The notes beneath the pieces are model-generated. The model was given only the letters and a program-made list of their open reading frames with translations, searched no databases and had not been told where the DNA came from. The translations under genes were made by a program, and so were the position numbers. Source: Cycas panzhihuaensis (taxonomy: Eukaryota > Plantae > Cycadophyta). Taken from it: 64,000 bases of DNA. Where the stretch lies: NCBI GenBank assembly GCA_023213395.1, contig CM041465.1:152217741-152281740 (forward strand), written 5' to 3'. This document shows, piece by piece, positions 36,901 through 48,800 of the stretch (position 1 is the stretch's first letter; each line of letters begins with the position of its first letter).

Positions 36901-38924
36901 CATAGGATTAGTGGATCTTCCTGGTGGCAGAAAATTTGTTGATAATAAATGGATCTTTAAGAAGAAGTTTTAGGCAGATGGTACTGTGGAAAAGTACAAG
37001 GCCTATTTGGTAGCAAAGGGCTACTCCCAGGTCAAGGGAATAAATTTTGGTGAAGTATTTTCTCCTATTGTAAAAGTTGTTTCAATTAGATTTTTGTGGG
37101 TTGTAGCAGATTCCTATGACCTTGAGGTGGATTAAATTGATGTGAAGACTACATTTCTTCACAGTGACCTCGAGGAAGAAATTTATATATTGCAGCCTAA
37201 AGGGTTTAAAGTTGTAGGGAAGGAGAATATGGTATGTGGGTTAAAGAAGTAATTATACAGCTTGAAACAGTCACCAAGGATGTGGTGTCAAAAGTTTGAT
37301 TCACATATTTTAGAAGATGGCTTTGTGTATAGTAAAGAAGATCATTGCATTTATTATAAGTAGGTTGGTGATCATTTTGTTATTCTGGCTTTATATATTG
37401 ATGATAGACTTTTAGTTTGTAATAATAAAGGAACGAACCAACTTGTGAAAGACCAACTGGCATCTCACTTTGAGATGAAGGACCTTGGTGCTATACATTT
37501 TATTTTAGGCATTAAGATTAAAAGGGTTAAGAGAAACAAGAAGATTTGGCTTAGCCAAAGATGGTACATTGAGATAATATTACAATAGTTCAAGTTGTAA
37601 GATAGTAAACTAGTTAATATTCCTCTTCCTACTAGTTTAAAACTATTAGCTGAACAATGGCTAAAGACTCACCAAGATGTTGAAGACATGGCATTTGTCC
37701 CTTATGCTAGTGCTATTGGTAGCCTGATGTATGCGATGGTTTGTACTCCACCAGACATTGCCCATGCAGTGGGAGTAGTTAGCAGGTATATGTCAAACCC
37801 AAGTAGGAAGCATTGGGTAGTTGTGAAAAGGATTTTTAAATATCTGTGAGGTACATCAAACTATAGAATTTGCTATCAAGGAGAACCCATGGAATATAGA
37901 ATAGTGAACCTAAGAGGTTTTGTTGATGTTGATTGGGCTGGAGATCTTGACAGTAGAAGATCTACAAGCGAGTATATTTTTACCCTTTGTTGTGGCACAT
38001 TCGACTAGATAAGTAAAAGATAACAAGTTGTAGTACTTTTTAGCATAGAAGTAGAGTATATAGAAGCTACTCATGTGTATAAGGAAGCAATTTAGTTACA
38101 GAGATTAGGCACAGATATTGGCTTTAAGTAGGATGTTGTGAGGATAGATTGTGATAGTCAAAGTGCAATCTACCTAACAAAGAACCCTATTTATCATTCT
38201 CAGTCGAAGCATATTAATGTGTGTTTCTATTTTATGAGGGAAATGTTTCAATATCACAAGGTGGATTTATAGAAGATTGTTATATAAGAGAATGCGTCAT
38301 ACTCATTGACTAAGATTGTTAGCACAAAAAAATTTAAATGGTGTAGAATTGTAACAGGTGTTTATGATTTTGGCATCCAATAGTTATGTATATAGGTTTT
38401 CTTATAAAGTGTTCAACAAGTGGGAGATTGTTAGATATGTTGAACACTTTGTAGGTGTTACATGGGTATAGGCGTTACACCCAAGCCCCTTTGTGAGGGT
38501 CCTACGGCCCGTTGTAGGGCCCCTAACTAGGAGGTTTTGGGGGCCAATAGCCCCCCAAGTGGGGGTTCAAGGGTGGGAGCCCCCGAGAAAATTTTTTAGG
38601 TGTCTTATGGGGGTCTTTTTTGGCCTGTGGTTTATGCCTATTGTATTGTAAAACTGCAAGGCAGTATATTGTAATATTGTATCTATATATTCTTATGTAA
38701 CAATACATATAATATGATATGGTCGTGGATGAGTTGAGGAGAATAGTAGGGGTTCATTCATCTATGTAATTCTTTAGTTGTTGCTTAGATTAATTAAAAG
38801 TCTATGCTTAGACCCGAATCTCTTGGTGTTCTTTGTTGAGTGCTTGATTTGTTTATATTATTTATTCTTTGCATGGTTTAGAGTTCTATTATCACATTAC
38901 TTCTGCAGTTATATTTTCTCTTCA
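33915..38924 (+). mobile_element. Full-length degenerate Ty1/Copia element B (Tork-like)
   Basis: LTRs 33915-34344 and 38429-38924; PBS TAGTATCAGAGC at 34347; PPT AAGTGGGAGA; TSD AAGAC/AAGCC (4/5); gag (LFLQKKLYSLRMSDG), INT, RT and RH remnants. Confidence 0.92.
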
Positions 38925-39779
38925 AAGCCCATGGTATTAATTGTTGGGTTTGGAGGGGTGATGGTGAAAATTTAATGTTAGTTTAGTGGAGAATTAAATG
39001 GGATTTTATCCTTAGATAGATGGGCCATTATTTTCCAAAAAATAAAGGGTAAAACCACATGGTTTTACCTAAGAGGGAGAGGGGGGGTTTGAGGCACAAG
39101 TAAGAGGTGGAGTACTAACTTCTTGTCCCCTTCCCTGAAGCCTGAAATTAACTTTGATGAGAAAAAGTTGGTAAAGAATGCAATAAATGTGAAAGAGATA
39201 AGTGCTCATAAATTTGCAATAATGCATGATGCACCATTTTATTTTCCATAATGATACATCTTATCCTATTATAATTTTTAAAATAATGCTTATTGCTCCA
39301 TTGTAAAAAGTGTAATGGTACACCTTGCACTATTGTTTTGTACAATATCCCATTGTAATTTAATGACCAGACAACATTCAAGAGGGTGTCTTACAATTAT
39401 ATTTTTATAAAGGTGTGCCTATATCATTATATTTTCCATAACAATATAAGATACATCATGGTAAAAATTGTAATAATATCAACTTCTATAATGGTAGTAG
39501 GAGTTTTAGAAAAAAGGATGAAATAATTATAACATTTACAAAGAAGAAATTCATAAAAAATGATGATTAAAAGATGGAAAAGGACTCCAAAGGAGCTTAG
39601 GATATGTTAAGGATTCATTTCTTGTTAAATGAGGCTTGGGTATATGATTTTCATTGTATTACTTATAGGTATCTTACTATCATTGATCAAATACTCAAAT
39701 ACCCATCACTAAATAATAGGTAAATGTGAATTTAGATATGTATCAAAGTAGAAAATCAATTGAAATGTAAATTTAAAAT

Positions 39780-40510
39780 GCAGACTTGCCTTACTTGATT
39801 CATGGTGAATGCTATAATCTCAATTTTTGGGAAATCGATGATAATACAACTATGGGTTGTCATTTGTTATTTCTACTTATGATATTAACAAATAGTTTAA
39901 ACACATTCATTATTACTGATATTCCACTATCGAGATCACCACTCTAGTCTACATCTATGTATCCAACTAATAAATCTAAGCTTAGACTCATGTTACTTCT
40001 ATTGTAACAAATTCCATAGCCAAATGCTCCTTTCAAGTACTTAAACATACTTTTCACTACCATCTAATGTTATGGACCTAATTTACTCATATATTGACTT
40101 ACTACTACCACTATTACTGTAATTCTAGGTTTGGCATAAACCATAACATATATCAAACTACCTATTTTACTCCTATATGGAACCAATTCCATTAACTTTT
40201 CCCTCTTCAACCTTTTAAGGACATATGTCTAGAGATAATTTATAGTTGGCATCTACAAGTGTTGTTATGAATTTGTGAACTTGCATTCCAAAAATTTTGA
40301 GGATCTCACCTAAGTTCATATATTGACTTAAATATTTTTTTTTCTCTTTTATATTTCTTAAGATTAGTAATATGAAATGGTAATAAATTTCTTCAAGATC
40401 TTTTGTTATAAATTTAGATAATAAATAATCTTCTACATATGATAAAAGTTTTTTGTTATTGGAAAATAAAATGATATCATCAACATGAAGAGCGATTATG
40501 AAAATCATAT
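39780..40510 (-). pseudogene. Highly decayed Copia RT/RH fragment
   Basis: IIALHVDDIILFSN...ITKDL and downstream VGYVDVD*SGDLD motif. Confidence 0.8.
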
Positions 40511-42819
40511 AATTATAATTGCAAAATATCCTAAAATTTATATGATTTCTTTAGTTCAATTATATCCCCTTTTTTTGAAAAAAAAAAAGGTTTATGAATT
40601 AATTATAATCAAACTTCTTTGTCAATAGACACAAGGTCTTGATTTAATATTATGGCGTGTGCCTCTTATTAGACTTTAGTGTTTATTTCATGGGTTTATA
40701 ACCTTAGGTTATGGACCTCCTCTTTAATTTTTGTATTATATTAGTGTAAGACTATTTTATGTTTTGTGAAGTGCTGAGTCAATAGGGGTTAGGTCTCTCA
40801 CCTTATATGCGCCACACTAGGTATGATTAATATTATCCTAAGTATTATATATAGTATATATAGGTTATTTTATAAAATGCATTAGTAAGAAGTAAGGATT
40901 ATTGAGCCACTTCTGTAGTATGAGACATTTTTTTAATAGAGATTAAATCAAAATTTTTAAAATTAATTTATAATATTTTGATAGTTAATCCTATCAATTA
41001 TTATCCTCATTACATGCCTTACTATAATATCTTAGTATCAAAGCATATTCATAGTACATTATCAATTGTAATTACTAGTTAATTTATAGGATTTGATCGT
41101 TGCTTAAGATTTACATATGTGACATGTATTAATATCTAGTTTCTTAGTTGAGCTATTCAGTTTTGGAGGTAATTTTTAATATGCATGTTGTAAAGTTTAA
41201 ATTGTAAGTAGTTGGACAGGTAGGAAGTAAAATACTAAATAATAGGCTTTGAGATATGCAAACAAACATATGTCACATGTAGGTGGAAAATTTCATATGC
41301 AAGGAAAAAAAATATCACATGCAACCTAATAATTAATCTCTGAAGACAATAGAAGATGAAGACCTCTATTCTAATATCCTCTCACTAAAGTGTTTATAAG
41401 CTAAACACTTGATAAAAAAGTTATATAGTGACTATGCTCTTAAGGTTCTCTGTTAGTGATCATTAAATTCAGTGGAATGCAATCTCTACTAGTGAAAAGA
41501 ATTGAAAAGGATCTCTACAATATTGAATGAAAGCTATTATAAATATTGAATCAAAATACTAAAATTAGGATTAAAATGATGAATTTCTAAACTATTGAAA
41601 GGGGTGTTTTATTAAAATAAGAATATTCTATATTTTATATTATAAAGTTTCAAACTATATAAAAATAAAAATTAAAAAAATAAGCCTCCTATGAATTTTG
41701 ATGACCTGTGCACAAGGTATCCTACATAAGGAAACTTGCATATTGACCTACTATTTGGCAACATATGGCTTTATATTTGATTGATTAAATACATAGTGTG
41801 AAGCATAAGATGAAAGATATCTAATGCAGAGATAGCCACTTAATAGAATGGCCAATCCTTGCACAGAGAAATAAGCTAATAAAGTAGTTACTGACATGCC
41901 CAACATAGAAATAAGGAAATGCATCCCATAGTCATCATATACACAACAAATGTCAATGATAGAAGGACAAACAAGTAGGCCATTCACCACAAACATAAAC
42001 ACTAAGATGAGTAGAATAGAAGGAATATAAATAAAGGATATAGATAAAAAATGCACAAACTAAGATGCCACAACACCTAATAAGCTAAGAAAGATTAGAA
42101 GGACAACCATCACAAAGGCTAAATAGAGTTGAATAAACATTCATTGGTTTATCACAATAAGCAATGAGGTCAAATAGGTGAAGGAGGCAAAATGTAGACT
42201 TAGGAATCTTCATTGCATACCCAATGATGCTAGAAGCAATAAAACCCTTTAGTGTGACATGTTAAACTGACTGTTGAAAGATTGACTATGCATTGTGGAA
42301 GAAAATTTTATAAGAAATAACTTCTTTTATGAGATGTAACTGAAGAACCTAAATTAATTCACATGATTACTATTTCTCTCATATAAAACATTTCCTCTTC
42401 TAAGAAGGAACACTATGAGTCAGTACATATACCACCCTTGATATTTGATTCCCTCAATTATATTATACCCCAATCAAGTATAACACCTTAATTTTATATC
42501 TTGGCATAACTTGATTGGAGCTTTCTTGGCTAGATGTCCTCTTTATATATAACACCTTCTCTTATAGATGTCATTCCCTTTGCATCAGTTCCTATATTAC
42601 CCCAATCAACTCCTATAAATAAAATCCATCATAGTTGTTAATATCACTACTATACCAGGGGCCAAGCCTAATCATTAAAAACAAAGGCCTATTCACCCAT
42701 GACTTTTTTCCACCATCAAATAAGAAGTAGAAAAGATTTATTGAATTTATCAATTATTTTTAATGGGTATCCATCATCATCTACATTGCCATAAGAATGG
42801 TTCTATTTGTATTTATATT

Positions 42820-45800
42820 TGATGGAGCCGGAGGAGCAGAGCAGGACATCACGACGTTCTCATCTTGAGTACAACGGCAATTTCCAATAGAGTGGCGGTG
42901 TTAATAAACACCAGGGAGGTATTCCCAACCCTTATATAGAGAATTCAGGGAGGCGTCGGGTGCCATCACCCTCGCTGCAAAACAATTAAGGTTAGTTTGA
43001 AAAAATATAAAAAATAAATAGCGGTGATACGTACCTCACGTGAGTGGTCGGTCCGGGCGGCTTTTGAACGGCTCAAGGTGCCCTAGGGGCCCTCAAAGGT
43101 GGCTTTGAGGGGCCCTCAAAGGTGGCTTTGAGGGGCCCTAAGCGCTCTAGTGCATGAACATTGGGATTATTCCCAACATTCTCCCCCATAAGCCCAATGT
43201 GTATGACTCCTAAATCATCTCTGAACTTTTCAAACTTGATTTTTCCCAAGGCCTTTGTAAAAATATCTGCTGTTTGATCTTGATTACTCTGATAAGTCAA
43301 CTCTATCATTACGCTTGTACAAGTTCCCGAATAAAGTGGTATTGAGTTTCAATGTGCTTTGTTCTGCCGTGGAATACTAGATTTTTGGTTATTTGAATAG
43401 CGCTCTGATTGTCACACCAAATTTTAGTGGGGCCTTGCTATTTAATTTGAAAATCCTGTAAGAGTCTTCTTAACCAGATTGATTCACAGGCACCTAACAC
43501 TGCGGCTTTATATTCTGCTTCAGCTGTGGATAAAGAAACGATATTTTGTTTCTTTGTACTCTAAGCTACTGCTGTTGATCCCATACTAAATGCATAACCG
43601 GAAGTAGATTTTCTATCATCAATATCACCATTAATCAATCAGTATAACCGATTAAGCGAAACTTGGATGTAGGTTTGTAGTATAATCCAAAGTCTGAAGT
43701 CCCTTTAAGGTATCTGAGGATTCTTTTAGTAGCTTGCCAATGGGATGTCTTTGGATCCTGCATAAATCTAGATACAACACTTACAGAATATATTATATCA
43801 GGTCGAGTAGAGGTTAAATAAAGTAGGCTACCAATCAGTTGTCTATAGTGAGTGGGATCAACTGAAGTTGAGTCATCTATCTTAGAGAGTTTAATTCCAA
43901 TTTCTGCTGGTATTGACAATGGTTTACAGTTTGTCATATTAAATCTTTGTAGAAGGTCTAATATATATTTATGTTGAGATATAAATATTCCTTGTTTATC
44001 TTACCACACTTCCAATCCTAGGAAGTAGTGCATAAGACCTAAGTCTGTCATTTCGAATTCCTTACACATAGCTTCTTTAAATTAACTTAAAAATTGGGAG
44101 TCATTTCCGGTATAAATTAAGTCATCTACGTAAAGTCCTACGATTAATATCGAATTTCCTTTAGTTTTAGTGTATAGGTTTGGATCTGCTTGAGATCTTT
44201 CAAACCCTTGATCTTTAAGATATGTGTCGATACGGGAATACCAAGCCCTAGGTGCTTGTTTTAGACCATATAACGCTTTCTTTAACTTATACACTTTGTT
44301 TTCTTCCCCACTGACTTCAAAACCGAGGGGTTGAGAGACATAGATATCTTCTTGGATATAACCATTTAAGAAAGCACTTTTTACGTCCATTTGATAAACA
44401 GGCCAACCCATTTGAGCGGCTAAACTTATTATCATGCGATCGATTCCATTCTAGCAACTGGGGCAAATGTTTCAGTATAGTCTATGCCTTCTCTTTGGGC
44501 ATATCCTTTGGCAACTAAACGAGCTTTATATTTATCAATTGATCCAGCAGTGGAACTTAGTCTTATAAACCCATTTGGTTCCAATGGCTTTCTTCCTTGG
44601 TGGTAAGTCTACAAGTTCCCAAGTGTCATTTTTAACGATAGATTTATATTCCTCTTGCATGGCTTTTACCGGCCTCATGTTGATTAGCCTCACCAAAGGT
44701 TTGAGGCTCATGACTTTCAAGTAACTTACTCATTAGAGCAAAGTTAACTTTGTGTGAACGTGTAGATCTTCGATTGTTATCTAATATATTTCCTAAGTCA
44801 TGATTGCATTGAACCCATTTAGGTAGTGGTTGTGATGGTGGTTGAGGTGATGTTGTTTCCCTAGTAGTTTTCGGAGAGTTTCTCCACATAGGTGGCACAT
44901 ATTTGGATGTATTTGATGCATTAAACTTAATAGTAATGTCCTTTTGTTGTTCGTGATTATTTTGATAGTAGGTATCTTCTTGAAATTTGACATCCCTACT
45001 TAGTATAACTTTTCAGGATTTGGGATCATAAACTTTGTAAGATTTTGATGATTCACTATATCCAATAAAGATACATTTTACACTATGATCATCTAATTTG
45101 GTTCTTCTTTGGTCAGGAATGTGGGCATAGGCTAAACAACCAAATACCTTAAGGTGACGGATACTAGGTTTATAACCTGTCCATGCTTCTTTTGGTGTCT
45201 TCCCCCTAACTACTTTTGTGGAACATCGATTAAGTAAGTAGACTGCGGTATGGACTACTTCAGCCCAAAATTCATGGCCTAAGTTTTTATCTTTAAGCAT
45301 ACAACGTGCCATTTCTACGATAGTTCTGTTTTTCCTTTCAGCTACACCATTTTGTTATGGGGTGTAGGGGTTGGTATGTTGTCGCCTAATCCCATGTTGG
45401 ATCTGAGAATCCTTGAAGATATTAGAGGTAAATTCTCCCCATTATCGATCTTAAGGAGAGGATATGATATCCACTTTGTCGCTCAATGAAGGTTTTGAAG
45501 TCAACAAAGTGGTCAAAAGCATCATTTGTATCCGAGAAAGAACACCCAAGTCTTTCTTGTAAAGTCATCAATAAATGTAAGGAAATATTTAGCTTTTGCC
45601 GAGGCGGTAGCCATTGGGCCACAAATATACGTGGTATCTGAGTTGAAGAGGCGGATGCCGATGGCTAAAAGTCTGGAAAACTTTCTTTATGGTGTTTTCA
45701 AGAAGGCATCCTCACACAACTCTTTATTAACATCAATAGGGGCAAGCCATTAACCATATCTAATCTTTTCATAAGGGCTAAAGCGGTATAATTAAGGTGG

Positions 45801-48800
45801 CCAAAGCGTCGATGCCATAGGTCACTATCCATAGTAGTTGTAGTTCTAAGGGCATATGTATCTGAGGGGGTGATAGTGAGTTTAAATAAATGATCTTTAG
45901 TCATGATACCCTTAGCAACAATAGCTTCATTTTGTCGTTTGTCTTTAATGACACATTCGTTGTCAAAAATTATTTTATAGTCTTGTCCCATCATCCATCT
46001 CTGGATAGTAAGTTTTTCCTTAAAGCGAGGACATATAGAACATCATTTAAATATTTATATTCACCACTATCGGTCAATAAGGCAATGTTACCTTTTCAAT
46101 TGATTGGTGAGAAGTGTTGTCTCAAACATAATAGACCCTTTCTTATTTGTATCCAAAGTTTGAAATAATTGTTCTTTATGGGTCATGTGGGTGGAACAAC
46201 CGGAATCAATGTACCAACTATCATCCTCTTCTTCTGGTTTAAAAAACTAGATAGAAATAACCTATTGTTGATTTTAGATTCTGATGTATTTGGCACATGT
46301 CCTCTAGAGGGTGGTCCATGTTTTGAAAAACACTTATCTTCAGTGTGACCATTTCTACGACAATAAGTGCAATATAGTTGATCTCTTTTTCCATAACTAA
46401 GATTTTGATTCCTTAGTGGAGAGCGATCAAGGTTGAAAGGTCTCCCCCTTTCCTCATAGAATTGAGTATGATTATTTCTTGGTTGGTCACGATAGTTTTG
46501 AGGGGTTCTAGAAGGTTGTGGGTTCCCATGACAATGTGGACAACAAGAATGATTTTCAACTTGTCTTCGTTGGTTAGGGTTTCTTTGAGTGTTCGAATGT
46601 CTTGGAGAGTTTTCATGTTGTGGGGTCGTCCTTGTCTATTATGAGGAGCTTGGTATCGTGGAGGATTTTGTCTAGGTTCATTTCTAGGGTTTTCATCTTT
46701 TCTCCTTAGAGGAGATTCGTTTTGTTTTGAAGTGCCATCTTGAGGATTAGGTTGAATGTTGGCCTTTGTAGCAAAGGCATGTTCTAAGGTTTCATTGGCA
46801 GCTTGTTGCTCTTCGATGGACATGAGCATAGCAGTAAGGTGTTCTATTTTGAGGGTACTTAGGTCCTTAGATACACTAATACTAGTAGCTACCATCTCAA
46901 AGCGTCTAACGGCTCTTACACATCGAAGGATCCGTTCAACTACTCTTTGTTCGGTTAAGGTGTCCCCAAGGGACCTCATTTGGTTAACTATATCTTGAAT
47001 CTTGGTCATAAATTCAGTTATTGATTCATGAGGCATCATACGAAATTTTGAACTTACTTTAAGTTTTGTAGTTTAGAGGACTTGACCCCTTCGTATATAA
47101 GCTGTAAAGTATCCCAAGCCTCTTTGGACTTAATGGATTCACTAACTCGTGGGAAAACATGATCTTCCAAAGCGCAAAAATAAGGGCTAAGGCTTCATTA
47201 TCTTTTTGATATTTTCTTTGTATGTAGCTTTTTCGATTAGTTGGATTTGATCCTAAGTCATTGTAACCATTTCTCACTATATCCCACATTTCATTTGCTA
47301 TGAGGATGGGCCTCATCCTCCTACTCCAGTTAAGAAAATTATTTCCATCAAATTTAGGAATAATCATATTCCCAAAACTAGACGTCATTTTAAATTGAGA
47401 TTGTATAAAATGTGATAAATGCAATAGCAAAATATTTGAATGTAGAAAATTTGAAAGAACTTAAATGAAAGAAATTATTGCCAAATATATATCCCAAGGT
47501 TTTCAAAAGTTTGAACAAATGAACTAGGACCTAGAAAGGCTACTAGGCTCTAAGTTTATGTTTCTCCTGGGGCAACCTTCGGTTGCTATTACATCAATGG
47601 CGCCTGCCACGGATGGCAAAACAAGGACCCTTTATACCAGTACGGAGCGCTAGGCTCTATATACCTCAATCGTGTCGCTAAGAAGGCTTTGACACCCCTA
47701 ATTGTTGGTCTACTGGGATTTATGCCTAACGACGGATCTAGCGGTGAAGGTTCTCGAACCAAAGGCACTCACCCTCTCGTGTCTAGCCTTGGTCTCCAAA
47801 CACCATAAAATGAAAAGGTTCTGCACCTCAGCCTGCCACCGTATACACCTGATAGCTAATGGCTGTCCTCATCCAATATGAGTAGGCCGATTAGCATGTG
47901 CGGGGTGGTAACCGTGGGTCCTAACTGCCCCTTGCAAATTTGGAAAAAAGTATGATTCAATTCGGGATTTATCTTATTTAATGTAAAAACTAATCTATTT
48001 AGCAATGTGGTCTTGCTTAGAAAAAGAAAATTTCTTTGATAACAGAAAAAAATGCTCTAAGCAAGATGAAATGAAAACTTTTACAAAAAAAACTCTTTTT
48101 ACTTTTTTTCAAAAAAATATAATGTCCTTCAAACAAATATAAGATGCCTTTGAAAAGAAATGCAATTTTCCTTTTATAAGTGCAAGAAGGATGATATTTT
48201 CCAATAATGAAGAAGAACTTTGATACACTTTTAAAGTAAAACAATCAAAAAGGAAGTAATGATGCTCAAAACTTTTCACTTATGCAAGATTTAAAAATAA
48301 ACTTTTGAAAATAGATAGTTTTCAAACAGATGCCAATTTCTCAAATGAATAATAAATCGTCAATGTAAAAAACTTCTTTTAAGAACAACTTTTATGTATT
48401 GCCTTATAAACAAGTGCTTGTTCAAAATAATGTAAAGTGCTTGTAGAAAGATCTCAAGCAGAAACTTGAGTAAACAAGGAAATATGAACTAGAAATTTCT
48501 TTACAATTTTGAAAGAAGACAAGCTTGTTAGGATGAATATATATACTCAACTTTAACAGATTGAAAACTATATTGAATGAGGTCAGAATAGCTTAAAATT
48601 TTATCAATATGTAGATTGCTGAGATGTGAATCCAATAAAATAGACGGTTTTGAAAATGGATACTAATAAATCACGTTTTGAATGAGGCAAAGGAAAGGAC
48701 CTCCTTATGGAGCCTAACTTGATGTGAGGGTAGGCAAAAAATTGTATAAAAGTACTAATTAATCTTTAGAAAAGTTGAACAAATGATCAAATATTATTGA

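Noticed and set aside
41700-42330. Possible gag or accessory ORF remnant
   Set aside because: Coding-like but no motif could be assigned
47520-47940. Hammerhead ribozyme or group II intron
   Set aside because: No CTGANGA/GAAA core and no canonical domain V on either strand
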